Shown: one piece after another, positions 48,379 through 58,593 of the stretch
Layout of the letters: the number at the start of each line of letters is the position of its first letter
Numbering within the stretch: the stretch's first letter is position 1
Assembly: GCA_963738405.1 (NCBI GenBank)
Contig: CAVTWJ010000016.1
Span: 33,507-97,506 of the forward strand
Origin: a candidate division FCPU426 bacterium
GTDB taxonomy: Bacteria; Oederibacteriota; Muellerivitia; Muellerivitales; Muellerivitaceae
DNA length: 64,000 bases
Direction of reading: 5' to 3'
Made by a program: the position numbers and the translations under genes
Notes under the pieces: model-generated
The model's database searches: none
The model's input: the letters and a program-made list of their open reading frames with translations, nothing else
Told to the model about the DNA's origin: nothing

Positions 48379-48405
48379 CCCTATTCCTCCAATTTAAACT
48401 TAGTT

Positions 48406-50946
48406 TTATGGATTCAACTTATAAAGCACTGAATTGCCTACCGCGAAAACCGGGCTACCCAATTGAGCGAATTTGGAAAATGCGCTTACATTTGCCTGAT
48501 ATTTTTGTCTTTCAGCGTCCCCAACATAAACGTAATCCACATTATATTTGGAGAGCAAGTCTTTTGTTCTTCCCAAATCAGGTGAGGTGTAAATGGCTTC
48601 AATATCCGCCTGTCGATGCTGAATGGTGTCATCGGAACTTTGTCCCCGGATGGCAGCCTGGTCCCATGAACCCCGCCATTGGGCCTCGTGAAAATCCCAT
48701 CCGAGAACGGTTGGAAATCCTGTCAACGTCGCCACGGTATCCGTATCCTGGTGATAGGAAAGGCCGGGGCTTTCTAATATAACAGGCACTTTTAAAGCCG
48801 ATCCGCTCCCGAGTTTAAAAAAGGGTTTAACATTGGCCTTGATCCACTGGGCGACCTGGTAATCGGCGGGAAATGTTCTTTCGTAATAAGCCGCACCATC
48901 CAGCGTAACATCATCGACTGAAGAGCCATTCATACGAGCCGTAAAAGCCAAGGCCGGATAGAGCCCCGCCCCCAAAACTGCCAAGCCGACCGCCAATCCC
49001 CAAACACTTTTGCACCAAATATTCCATTGTGGCCAGGCATTTTCCATGATCCATTTCAGCCAATAACCAGAGGCCAAACTCAGCAATATCCAAGCTTGGT
49101 AATGAAATTTGAATACCGTATTCATGCGGTAAAGGGACCCGCTCGCGAAATGATCCTTGATAAACAAAATCTCACACCCCAAGATCAAAAGAAAGGCCAG
49201 CAAAGCCAGAAGAGCCGAAAAAATGGTCTCGCGTGTTTCGGCCCTTCGCATGATCGCCGCGACGGACAACCCCGCCAAAAGGACACAAAGAAAAACCGTT
49301 CCCAATTTAAGCGGCTCTAAATTCAATAAACCGAGGATCAGGGCCAAAACAAATAAAGAGATCACTGGGACCAATGGTCCACTGGTTCCTTTGAAAATTG
49401 AGGCCATTTTTTCCAGCCACGGTTGGTTTCCAACAATGGGCAAAACCAATACTTCCGCATCTGCGGCAACGCTCATTTCTCCGCCACAAGTCCCACAATA
49501 TTTTTTCCCGGGGTTTTCCATTCCGCAAAAGGAACAAAGGGGCTCTTCGGCTTTTTTAGGCTTCGATTTCCCGTTCTTTTCTGCATTTTCCGACTTAATG
49601 AACTTGAAAAAAAAGGCAGGGATTAAGATCAGCAGGAAAAGTCCGAAGATTACGAAAAGATAATAAAGATCAGTTCGATCTCCTACCATTCCGAGTCCAT
49701 TCGCCTGCGATTGAAACCTCAGATAAAACGGCAAATAAAAAATAAAACTTCCTGCGACAATGGGGAATCCAATCTTGGCCGTCTGAAGAAGCCAAGCGTA
49801 AAGGCTGGTGTCTTTATCAATCGCCCAACCCTGTTGGAGAAACAGGCAAGTCCCCAATAAAAGCATCAGGGTTGGAAAATCCCAGCTGTTCATAAAGGAT
49901 AGCCCGCCAAATAATAACATCAACAGTATCCAGTAAATCCATCGAACCGCGGGCCTCGGTCCCAAAACTTGCATACCTCCAAAGGGAGTCCGCAAAAGCG
50001 AATAGGCAGCGGCGACTGCCAAGAGAACAAAAGGAATGCCCATCACGTGGGGGTGAAGGTCAGAAAGAAAGAAACTAAACGAGGGAAATTCGTTGATCAT
50101 TTTATCTGTCGGTGGCACGGGAATGATTCTGGAGGCTTGAAAATAATCCCAGGCATGCGCAAGGGGCGAAAAAAGAAAGCCAAATGCCCCCGAAAGTCCT
50201 CGATCCGCGCTTGGGTTGGCTGGAAAGTTGTAGTAAGGAATTCGAAGATCCCCAATTTGAAAACTTTGAACGGCACGGTACCAATAATCCAAATTCCCGA
50301 ACAAGGAAAGACAGCCAACGGAAAAAAGCGAATAGCGGTAGCGCCGGGTAAGCCCATAAGCCAAGGAAAATGTGCAGACAGCCGCCAAAGCCCAAGTGAG
50401 GGCCACCGCCAAATTGTAGGCCACACCCGACCCCACTCCGGAGATGAGAGAAAGAACCGCCATGATGAGGTATCCGAAATAATAGTAAGAAATGCTCCCG
50501 CCCGAGAGCCAGGGGTCCTGGGGAGGCATAGAAGGCGAGGCCAAAATACCGTTGATCATGGCAAAATCCATAGGTTTTTCGGTCCCCACAATTTCTGGGG
50601 TACGCATCTTGTAGGCACCAGCTACCAAAAAGGCCATGAGAAACAAGGCTTCCACAACCAGAATAAAACCAAGGTTTCTCGTCAAATACTCCTTGATCGA
50701 AATCCACTGGTCCATAAGTATCCAACCGGACAAAATCGTTACCGCCAGAATGGCGAACCAGACAGTTCCCAAACCGAAAGAGAAATAGCCAAAGATCCAG
50801 GAAAAATACCCAATCATCAAAAGCGCGACCACCTTGCTGAAGGCATAGCCTTTTTCAGGCAGATGCCGCAAAAGAATTAAAGTGATGGGCAAAACCAGGA
50901 TGCCCAAAACCTCAATCATGAACCACCAGCCAAAAAGCGCTGTCAT
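48406..50946 (-). CDS. DUF2298 (TIGR03662 Chlor_Arch_YYY-like) polytopic membrane protein
   Basis: TEKPMDF, PPQDPWLSG..SYYYFGY, INEFP, DLHPH, NSWD, RMNTVFKF, TGFPTVLGW..HE.QWR. Confidence 0.85.
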   Translation of the reverse strand: MTALFGWWFMIEVLGILVLPITLILLRHLPEKGYAFSKVVALLMIGYFSWIFGYFSFGLGTVWFAILAVTILSGWILMDQWISIKEYLTRNLGFILVVEALFLMAFLVAGAYKMRTPEIVGTEKPMDFAMINGILASPSMPPQDPWLSGGSISYYYFGYLIMAVLSLISGVGSGVAYNLAVALTWALAAVCTFSLAYGLTRRYRYSLFSVGCLSLFGNLDYWYRAVQSFQIGDLRIPYYNFPANPSADRGLSGAFGFLFSPLAHAWDYFQASRIIPVPPTDKMINEFPSFSFFLSDLHPHVMGIPFVLLAVAAAYSLLRTPFGGMQVLGPRPAVRWIYWILLMLLFGGLSFMNSWDFPTLMLLLGTCLFLQQGWAIDKDTSLYAWLLQTAKIGFPIVAGSFIFYLPFYLRFQSQANGLGMVGDRTDLYYLFVIFGLFLLILIPAFFFKFIKSENAEKNGKSKPKKAEEPLCSFCGMENPGKKYCGTCGGEMSVAADAEVLVLPIVGNQPWLEKMASIFKGTSGPLVPVISLFVLALILGLLNLEPLKLGTVFLCVLLAGLSVAAIMRRAETRETIFSALLALLAFLLILGCEILFIKDHFASGSLYRMNTVFKFHYQAWILLSLASGYWLKWIMENAWPQWNIWCKSVWGLAVGLAVLGAGLYPALAFTARMNGSSVDDVTLDGAAYYERTFPADYQVAQWIKANVKPFFKLGSGSALKVPVILESPGLSYHQDTDTVATLTGFPTVLGWDFHEAQWRGSWDQAAIRGQSSDDTIQHRQADIEAIYTSPDLGRTKDLLSKYNVDYVYVGDAERQKYQANVSAFSKFAQLGSPVFAVGNSVLYKLNP

Positions 50947-50982
50947 TTAAAAGCCTCCATTAGGACAACTAGCGTAAAAATA

Positions 50983-53900
50983 TCAATCCTGTACCGCGGG
51001 GGGATTGTAATAAATTTCAACCCCGGGGTTCTTATAAATCAACGGCAGAAACTTTGAGAATTTATCCAGACCCTCTTGAGGGTACCCGGTTTTTTGGCCC
51101 GGAATCCCGTTTCGTTCCACGGTGCCGACCATAACCAGCCTAACCCCATAGGCGTCCAGGGTTTTCTTGGCCAAATTGATATCATTAGTTGTGAAAATAG
51201 TCTCGGTAGCTGAACGGCGTTCGCTTATGTCCTGGTCTTGTTTTTTTCCAACCCATTCATGCACATGCCCATCCCATCCCATGAGCGCTGGAATGCCGGT
51301 GAAAATGGAAAAACGGGATCCCCATGTATTGTAACCGGCGCCGACAAACTCCACCAAGCAGGGCTGGCCTGGCACCCGTTCGTTCAGAAACCGAATCGCC
51401 GCTGCATCAAGAGGGTTATCCTTAGAGATAAAGGCTAGGCCGTCCAGCGTCGGGGTTTCCGCGTAACCGACCCATTGGCGTCGGTTTTGCTCAAAAAAGC
51501 CGTGGCACTTGCGCCAGGTGGCTGCGGCCGGATAAACCAAAGCTAAGGCCAATAGGAACACCCATAAGATCCTCCAGGCGGAAAACGCCAAATAAATTCC
51601 CTTGTTTTTCCTTTTATCTAAAAGGTAATTCAAACCAATGACAATTCCCGCCGCCAACAGAAGGGGAAACAAAAGTGCGGCTTCAAAATCACTTCCCCAC
51701 TTTTTGAAAATGGAAAGAATCGAGCCGAATTCCGTTAAGGGAATTAAGGGAGGACCTAAAAACACCAAACACAAAATACCTGCGGGGATCGTCACCCAAA
51801 GAGGAAGCCATTTTCGGATTGAGACCCAAACCAATAATGCCACCGCAGCGATAAAGTCCAAAATCAAAACCATATGGGCGAACATTCCGCCCAATCCCGT
51901 TTCTTGTTGCCCCGAGACGAGGGACAGCAGGGGGTACAAAACCACTTGGAGAATAGAAAAGACGATCAAAATGCTGATGCTGATCAATACCTTTCGGGCT
52001 AGGTCCGTTTCTTTTTTGACCTTTTTGACCATATCCCAAAAAGCGTCGAAAACAAGGGGAAGCATAGTCCCGGAGGCAATGGAGGCAATGGTCCAGGCAT
52101 TGATCCCGAACTTGAAGAGCGTGTTGTTCCGCTCCCATTCCTCGCCCAAGTATTCTTTCATGGCAAAAATTTCCAAGGCCGCCAGCAGCAAAAACAACAT
52201 TCCGTTTAACAGATACATGAAAGAAAGACTTTTGTTTTTGACGGTTTTAATAGCAATCCCCAACTGGAAAAAAGAGAAAAACCATAAAATTGGAAAGAGG
52301 CCTAAATTAAGTGTGAAGGAACCTTCTTGATAAAGCGGCAAAAACCGCAGGGCCATCAAGGAGACCCATATAAATACCACGGCCCCAAAGAGGACCCACC
52401 AAATCCACTCGGTCACGAAATAAATAGCCGTCAATAAAAACCCGGCAGAGAGGGTCAATAAAAACCGCGCGACAATCTCTTTTCCCGGTTCTTGGCACCA
52501 TTGGGCCCAGGAGGCGCCGACAATCAGAACAAAACCCCAAGAAGCGATCAAAAGCATTCCATGAATCGGATCGCGTGGATCGAAAAATTTCTTAAATCCC
52601 TTTTCCACCCAACTCACCCAATCGAAATTTCTTTTTTTCTGTTTCCGGGAAGCGCTTGAACTCTTTTTCTCGATCCACTTATAAATCGACGGTCCAAAAT
52701 GAAGAAGAAATCCAAAGAGGAGAACGGAAAGAAAAAGGCCGTAGATTGTGGTGAAATCTCCCAAAGTCGTTCGAAGACTGGGCCAGACCCACAGTACCTG
52801 AGTTTGTTGCGGATTAAAGGTGGCTAAACGCGGAATCCATAACAAAAGGGCTGAGACAAAAATTCCGATTAAAATCAAGCCTATTCCAGTGAGTCTTTGG
52901 GCGGCAGGCCGGGTCTTGGCGTTGGCCCAAAGAACCACCAGGCCCGCGCCAATGGAGAGAAACAGGAAACGGGCGAAAATCTTGATATCCCCCCCGACCG
53001 CCAGGTTGTCGTAATTTCGGGCCAACCGGCTGCACCATCCTGCCAACACCAGCCCGACGGTCAGTGCAACCGCAATCGTGGCGAGCGAGCGAACCACCGT
53101 CTTTACCGGCAATCCGTACAAGTGTTTGACGAGAAGGGCCAAACCCAGCAAGGTCATCCAGGTGGGAATTTCCCATGTGTTAAGAAATGCGATAGCGCCC
53201 ACCAAAAAACCAATAGCGGCCCAAATAGGCCAATCGGATTTCCAATTAATTTTTGGACCCGAAGGGGTCAGGTAAAGGGAAGCGATCAAGGCGATCATAA
53301 AAATGGCAAAAGGCATGCCCAATGTGTGGGCATGCATGTCGGCAAAGATCACGCTGAAATAGGGAAACTCGTTGATGGAGTTGGGAATAATACGAGAGGG
53401 GCCCCAAAAATCGAAAGTAAAGTGTAACGGCGATAAATCGGCCCGGGCCAAGGCGTCGCGAAGCGCATTCAAGTATTCTTTGGCTCCACCTAAGTTGCCG
53501 GCGACCGCGCAAAAAATTCCCGCCAGCCATCCGCCAATCATGCGCCCTGAAAGGGCGTAAGCCAAACCAAAGGGAGCGGTGAACAAAAGTGCGAAAAGGG
53601 TGATGATGGCCAAGTTGTAGGTGACGGCAGGGACCAGAGCTAGGGTTTTCGTCACGATTCCCATAACCACATGGCCGTAATAAAAGGTGTAACCGATGGG
53701 CTGTCCGGCCATCCACATGTTTTGGGGCGGAAAGCTTTCCCCCCTCACAATAGAAGCGAGAAAGCCGAAATCCATGCCCGCTTCCCCGCCGCCGTTGTAC
53801 CCTTCCCCGCTCGGGTCATGAATATGGGGGTTATAGAGCCTCACAATCGTGAAAAGAACGAAAGCTCCTGTAAAAATCGCTTCCTGGATCAACCAACCCC

Positions 53901-56900
53901 TGCCGTATTTTTTAAAGGCGGCAGCGAGGCTCGCCCTGGTCTGGTAAGCATAGGCGGCGGAAAGCAATGCCAAAATTGAAACCCAAACCCAACAAATACC
54001 GGTCGTAAATTGCCCCATATGAAACTGAGTGAAAAACCAGACCGTCCACGAAAAAACCAGGAGGCCGAAAATTTTACTAAGCGCGTAGGCTCCTGGCGCC
54101 AACGGCATCAAAAGGCGCAAGGTGAAGGGGAGAACCAGAACCCCCAGGAAAATGAGAAACAATAGCCACTTCAACCAGGCCATGACCTGATAGGAACCGC
54201 TGTCCTCTTGGGCGGGTGCGGTTTGGTCTACGTTTTCTATGATAAGAGGATGCTCTGATAAATCTTTTAAGGCCGCCAAGGTTTTAGCATCCGGCAAACC
54301 AGGAACCCCGGCCGGGGCTACAACCGGAGACTCGTTAGTGTCAGTAATGCTAACAAGAGTGGAAGGCGAAGCTTTTTCATTGGATGTCGTAGCAACGGTC
54401 ACCTGAGCCTTTTTGATTTTTGAATTTTCAGCTTCTTTTTGAGTCACCGGTTGGGTAAGAGCGTCAAGCTTTTGAAGCAGACCCGCTTGTTCCAAGGCTT
54501 GATTGTGTTTACTGATGAAATCGTCCACATTCTCAGGCGTGATGGTCCGCATGATGTCCCGGTCAATGCCCTTCACATAATCGTCCGAACTAAGAATTTC
54601 GATAATGCGTTCACGAGGTACCTGCTCCACCTTTTTGAAAAGATACACTCTAGGGTGGTCATAAACGGAAAAGGTTTCTTCGGCCATGTCGTCAGGATGG
54701 GTCCATCCGAAGAGGCTTGGAAAATTATGGAATTCCTGGACCATCTTGTAACCCAAAAGCCCCGACCAAAGGGCGCGGAAATAGCGGGATGTCACCGGGT
54801 AGACGTTGTAGCCGTGGGGTCGGAATTCAGGAGTTTCATCGGTCAGGGTGTACCAGAGTTTCTTGGTGGCCAGGCTGAGGTAATCCGCCTTTTGGAGACT
54901 GTCCGCATAGTAGTTTTTCTTCTGATCGTTATCATCCGAAGAGGTGGGCCCCATCGAAGAGTAAACATCCACATCCACATGACCGTAATTGCCCGGGCTA
55001 ACCGGCTTGTCGAGCCGAGGGTCCTGCTGAGGCGAAAGGTCTTGGGGCAATCCGTCATCCCAGGTGTCGGTGGCGATTACGGAGCCCGGCGGAACATTCT
55101 TAGAAATCCAAACCGAGGCGTCAAACCAAGGGTGGGGATGGGTATAGACATGCATGTAGGCCAGCGAATAAAAAAGACTGGGTCCAATCACCAAAGTCCA
55201 AAGGATGGGCTTGACCACCTTACCGAAAGAAAATCCCTTGGCCCATTCGGCCACCTGTGTCAAAAGGCGGGCCCCAAAGATGCAGAAGGCTGGAATCAGA
55301 GGAACCATGTACCGAATAAACTTGGTATTCCATGATCCAATGAAGCCGAAATAGGGGATGAACCAGGAAAGGATTAGCAGATCCCCCAATGACAGCGACC
55401 ATCCTTTGTTGGAGGCAAAGGGCATAGGCAGAAGTGTTCCATGGTTTGAGGGCCTCAAGATATCCATTACAAAACGGATCAAAACCCAACCCATGCCGGC
55501 CACGGCCGTCACGCCCAGCGGCCACCAAAGTTCCACGCTCATCAGGGTAAGAAGATGGTACAGATACCGAGGCGTATCCTTAAACTGCAAGACATAGCAG
55601 GCACCTGCCTCGGCCACCACACCCCATTCGTACCCCATGGACTGTAGGAAATGCTCGGAATCGAGAAGAGACCAGGGGGAAAGGAGGCAGAAGATCAAAA
55701 ACGCCAGTGCACCCGCCGAGGCAAGCTGAATCCAATTGGAAGTTTGGGCCCTCAAGATGTTGAACTTCGAGACACCCCACACAACCATAGCGGAAGCTAT
55801 GGCTGCCAACAGAATAAACAGGGGTACCCAAACAAAAACGGAACCATTTGGATCTAATGGACAGAGGTCTCTAATAACACCTTTCAATTTGTACCCAGCA
55901 CCAAGCAGGGCTCCTGCCCCCACCACTAATGTCATGACCCCCACCGTGTTGTTTAGGTTTTTTTCGCCCCGGTTCTTACGGTCCCTGTTATGCCACTCTT
56001 TTTCCGAGGTTTTGGCCAGATAGACCAAATGTCCCGCTACGATCATGAAAACGTAATAAAGAGAGCTGGTTTTCGCCGCCATGGCCAACCCGAATGCCGT
56101 TCCCGCCCAAAGGTAACTGCGCCAGCTGCCTTCCTCGCTGATTTTCAGGGCACAAAGGGCGGTGACGACAAACATGAGCGTTATAAAAGATTCGGTGATT
56201 AGGTAGTGGGCTTGCTCAATGCTGACAGCCGAGAAGGCGAAAGCAGCTGACGCCAAAAGCGCCATCGGGACGCTCTGGTAAGCCTTTCGAACAAAGATAT
56301 AGACCGCCCAGATAGTGAGGGTGGAGAAAAAGGCCGCCCAGACATGGCCAATCACCATGATGTGCTCCGCGTCCGTAAAGGAGGGCCATGAATGCTCCAG
56401 CGAGGCCAGTACCGTTAACATTGGAAAAAGCCCAAGCAGAATCCTGCCCCAGACCGAATTCCAAGCAAACAAACCAGCCAATGCCAACAGGCCCAGGGTG
56501 AAACTAAACGAAGAGAGGACTGGGCACAAATGCCAGTCGGAAGGCAGCAGGGCGGGCACAAAACCTAGAAGGAAGATGACCCCAGCGGCGATGTAAAAGG
56601 GCAAATCCAGCCATTCCGTCTCAAAAATCCATGCCGCGAGGAATGAAACCCCAAGAGATGCCACGGCTACCACCCCAAAAGAGGCAAAAGGCAGTATGGG
56701 GATACTGAGGTGGATCCGCCCGAACAAATCTTGGGTGAGAGTCTGGCCGTCTAGGAACGAAAACCAAGAGTTAAATACATAGAAAAATCGGATGACGATC
56801 GCGGCAGAAAACAAGGCAAATGAAACTCCAAAGGCTTGAAGTTTCCATTTTTCCCGTGAAAAGAACCAAATGGCGGCTGCAAATAGCCCGAAAAGAAAAA

Positions 56901-57225
56901 TCCAATAAACCGATAGTGTCCAAAAAACTCTTCCCGCAAAAGCATCAGATAAAAAGCGGGGGGCCGAAAGAAGCTCGCCCGTTAGGCGGTAAAGGTAGGC
57001 CGGCAATTGACCGTAGGCGAAAAAAGAGACCTTAAAACCGGATTCATACTTAATTTCATTTACTGCATTGAGGATATTGCGCTCGTCAGGATGAATTTCA
57101 TGGCCCAAATTCCAATTGGGACTATAAAACCTGAAACTTGCACCGAGAAGGATGATAAAGAGGAGAACAACAAAAGAAGGATCTTTGTACCAATTCCAGA
57201 CCGATAAATTGCTTTTTGAGGCCAC
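50983..57225 (-). CDS. 2080-aa fusion of a PMT-like GT-C domain and a DUF2298 domain
   Basis: N-half HPDE, KFIRYMVP, WDDGLP, AEETFSVYDHP; C-half EAGMDF, FPPQNMW, INEFP, DMHAH, NTWE, RNNTLFKF, GWDGHVHEW. Confidence 0.82.
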   Translation of the reverse strand: MASKSNLSVWNWYKDPSFVVLLFIILLGASFRFYSPNWNLGHEIHPDERNILNAVNEIKYESGFKVSFFAYGQLPAYLYRLTGELLSAPRFLSDAFAGRVFWTLSVYWIFLFGLFAAAIWFFSREKWKLQAFGVSFALFSAAIVIRFFYVFNSWFSFLDGQTLTQDLFGRIHLSIPILPFASFGVVAVASLGVSFLAAWIFETEWLDLPFYIAAGVIFLLGFVPALLPSDWHLCPVLSSFSFTLGLLALAGLFAWNSVWGRILLGLFPMLTVLASLEHSWPSFTDAEHIMVIGHVWAAFFSTLTIWAVYIFVRKAYQSVPMALLASAAFAFSAVSIEQAHYLITESFITLMFVVTALCALKISEEGSWRSYLWAGTAFGLAMAAKTSSLYYVFMIVAGHLVYLAKTSEKEWHNRDRKNRGEKNLNNTVGVMTLVVGAGALLGAGYKLKGVIRDLCPLDPNGSVFVWVPLFILLAAIASAMVVWGVSKFNILRAQTSNWIQLASAGALAFLIFCLLSPWSLLDSEHFLQSMGYEWGVVAEAGACYVLQFKDTPRYLYHLLTLMSVELWWPLGVTAVAGMGWVLIRFVMDILRPSNHGTLLPMPFASNKGWSLSLGDLLILSWFIPYFGFIGSWNTKFIRYMVPLIPAFCIFGARLLTQVAEWAKGFSFGKVVKPILWTLVIGPSLFYSLAYMHVYTHPHPWFDASVWISKNVPPGSVIATDTWDDGLPQDLSPQQDPRLDKPVSPGNYGHVDVDVYSSMGPTSSDDNDQKKNYYADSLQKADYLSLATKKLWYTLTDETPEFRPHGYNVYPVTSRYFRALWSGLLGYKMVQEFHNFPSLFGWTHPDDMAEETFSVYDHPRVYLFKKVEQVPRERIIEILSSDDYVKGIDRDIMRTITPENVDDFISKHNQALEQAGLLQKLDALTQPVTQKEAENSKIKKAQVTVATTSNEKASPSTLVSITDTNESPVVAPAGVPGLPDAKTLAALKDLSEHPLIIENVDQTAPAQEDSGSYQVMAWLKWLLFLIFLGVLVLPFTLRLLMPLAPGAYALSKIFGLLVFSWTVWFFTQFHMGQFTTGICWVWVSILALLSAAYAYQTRASLAAAFKKYGRGWLIQEAIFTGAFVLFTIVRLYNPHIHDPSGEGYNGGGEAGMDFGFLASIVRGESFPPQNMWMAGQPIGYTFYYGHVVMGIVTKTLALVPAVTYNLAIITLFALLFTAPFGLAYALSGRMIGGWLAGIFCAVAGNLGGAKEYLNALRDALARADLSPLHFTFDFWGPSRIIPNSINEFPYFSVIFADMHAHTLGMPFAIFMIALIASLYLTPSGPKINWKSDWPIWAAIGFLVGAIAFLNTWEIPTWMTLLGLALLVKHLYGLPVKTVVRSLATIAVALTVGLVLAGWCSRLARNYDNLAVGGDIKIFARFLFLSIGAGLVVLWANAKTRPAAQRLTGIGLILIGIFVSALLLWIPRLATFNPQQTQVLWVWPSLRTTLGDFTTIYGLFLSVLLFGFLLHFGPSIYKWIEKKSSSASRKQKKRNFDWVSWVEKGFKKFFDPRDPIHGMLLIASWGFVLIVGASWAQWCQEPGKEIVARFLLTLSAGFLLTAIYFVTEWIWWVLFGAVVFIWVSLMALRFLPLYQEGSFTLNLGLFPILWFFSFFQLGIAIKTVKNKSLSFMYLLNGMLFLLLAALEIFAMKEYLGEEWERNNTLFKFGINAWTIASIASGTMLPLVFDAFWDMVKKVKKETDLARKVLISISILIVFSILQVVLYPLLSLVSGQQETGLGGMFAHMVLILDFIAAVALLVWVSIRKWLPLWVTIPAGILCLVFLGPPLIPLTEFGSILSIFKKWGSDFEAALLFPLLLAAGIVIGLNYLLDKRKNKGIYLAFSAWRILWVFLLALALVYPAAATWRKCHGFFEQNRRQWVGYAETPTLDGLAFISKDNPLDAAAIRFLNERVPGQPCLVEFVGAGYNTWGSRFSIFTGIPALMGWDGHVHEWVGKKQDQDISERRSATETIFTTNDINLAKKTLDAYGVRLVMVGTVERNGIPGQKTGYPQEGLDKFSKFLPLIYKNPGVEIYYNPPAVQD

Positions 57226-57333
57226 AAAGCCCTCGAAAAATATTGATATTTGCAGAGAATTTCAAAAAACGTGTTGCAGTATAGCCGAATCACGACTTAA
57301 AAAAAACGCACAAATGGGCATTAGACTCCCCAA

Positions 57334-57720
57334 TTAACGACAAAAAACCCGATATCCGCCCACTTGAAGGTTATTGCAAAAGATTTTAAACGTATATACG
57401 CCCGGAGTTGGAAAAACGACCCGCCAACCGGTAATCAGGTCATGAAAGCTCAAATCGGCAAAGGTGATCTTGCGTGGGGAGGATTCCGAAACTTTGATGC
57501 CCTTTTCGTCATAAAGGCTGATATCGATTTGGTATTCCCCGTTTACCTCCTGGGTCAGGCGAGTAAAGGTCATGAAATCAGCCCCAAAAGGATAGCCCAG
57601 TGGGCCAAACCCCTGAAAGACTCCCCGCAAGTCAAAATTCTTGGTCAAAACATCCTGATAAACGGCGTTGCAGCAAAGAAAGCTTGAGACCTTGGGCAGG
57701 TTAAAGTCGGCGGAATCCAA
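57334..57720 (-). CDS. Small beta-sandwich hypothetical protein (DUF6941-like)
   Basis: FLCCNAVYQD..KNFDLRGVF ... FPTPGVYTFKI. Confidence 0.6.
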   Translation of the reverse strand: MDSADFNLPKVSSFLCCNAVYQDVLTKNFDLRGVFQGFGPLGYPFGADFMTFTRLTQEVNGEYQIDISLYDEKGIKVSESSPRKITFADLSFHDLITGWRVVFPTPGVYTFKIFCNNLQVGGYRVFCR

Positions 57721-57723
57721 AAT

Positions 57724-58518
57724 TTATCTTTTCCTTAATTTCAATGAATCGGCAAAGGCTTTTGTATTGAGCGGACTATCCACTTCAACTGTTTTTTTTG
57801 CCCCTGCCAACATTTTTCCAAAACACCAGAGGCTCAAGGCTAAAACAATGAACCCATCCTTGATCGTTGTTCCGGCACGATAGTATGCGATTTTCACCTG
57901 GAATTCATTATCAATTCGGAGGCCCGACCGAGCAGTAATTAACGCTATTTCCTGCGCGCAGGAATATTTAAAGCCGGTGTAATACTCCAAAATGGCGGGA
58001 AGTGCCTTAACCCTCAAGAGACGGAGTCCCGATTCAACATCGTGATAGGGGTAGCCGGAAAGGATAGAATTGGTAAAGGTCAAAAAGCGGTTGCCCAATA
58101 TTTTATATTTCGGGTAAACCGAAAAGTCCCTTCGAGTGAGAACCACGTCTAATTTTTTCTTCTGCATATATCGAACAAGCTCGGGAATATATTCGGGTTT
58201 GTGCTGTCCATCCGCGTCGAGGGTCACGACCACATCCGAATCTTTTAGAATGCCCTTCTCCCTCAGGTGCAAAACGAACAAGAAGCCCTGTTTGAGTGCT
58301 CCCGCCATACCGGTGTTCGATTTCAAATCAACTATGAACAACTCTTTGTGCTTCCTCGCGTACCCTCGAAGAATTTTATGGCTCCCATCGCTGGAGCCAT
58401 CGTTCACACAAACTAAATAATCAACCCTCGGCCTCAAAAGGCCAAGTACCGCCGTCAGGTGTTTTTCTTCGTTGAAGATGGGAAGTAAAGCGACCACTTT
58501 GGGCAAAAAAATCCTCAA
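57724..58518 (-). CDS. Glycosyltransferase family 2 (DPM/DPG-synthase-like)
   Basis: LPIFNEE, VNDGSSDGS, TLDADGQH, DVESGLR. Confidence 0.88.
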   Translation of the reverse strand: MRIFLPKVVALLPIFNEEKHLTAVLGLLRPRVDYLVCVNDGSSDGSHKILRGYARKHKELFIVDLKSNTGMAGALKQGFLFVLHLREKGILKDSDVVVTLDADGQHKPEYIPELVRYMQKKKLDVVLTRRDFSVYPKYKILGNRFLTFTNSILSGYPYHDVESGLRLLRVKALPAILEYYTGFKYSCAQEIALITARSGLRIDNEFQVKIAYYRAGTTIKDGFIVLALSLWCFGKMLAGAKKTVEVDSPLNTKAFADSLKLRKR

Positions 58519-58548
58519 TGACGAATTTAAGAAAACTTATTCCTAAAC

Positions 58549-58581
58549 AAAAAAACCCGAAACCGTTAGGTTTCGGGTTTT
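58549..58581 (-). terminator. Intrinsic terminator after korB
   Basis: AAAACCCGAAACC-gtta-GGTTTCGGGTTTT with T-tract. Confidence 0.85.
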
Positions 58582-58593
58582 CAAAAGACCTAC

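Noticed and set aside
49969..55335. Long plus-strand ORFs (303, 230, 176, 298 aa)
   Set aside because: Antisense to well-supported membrane-protein genes, with no recognisable motifs.
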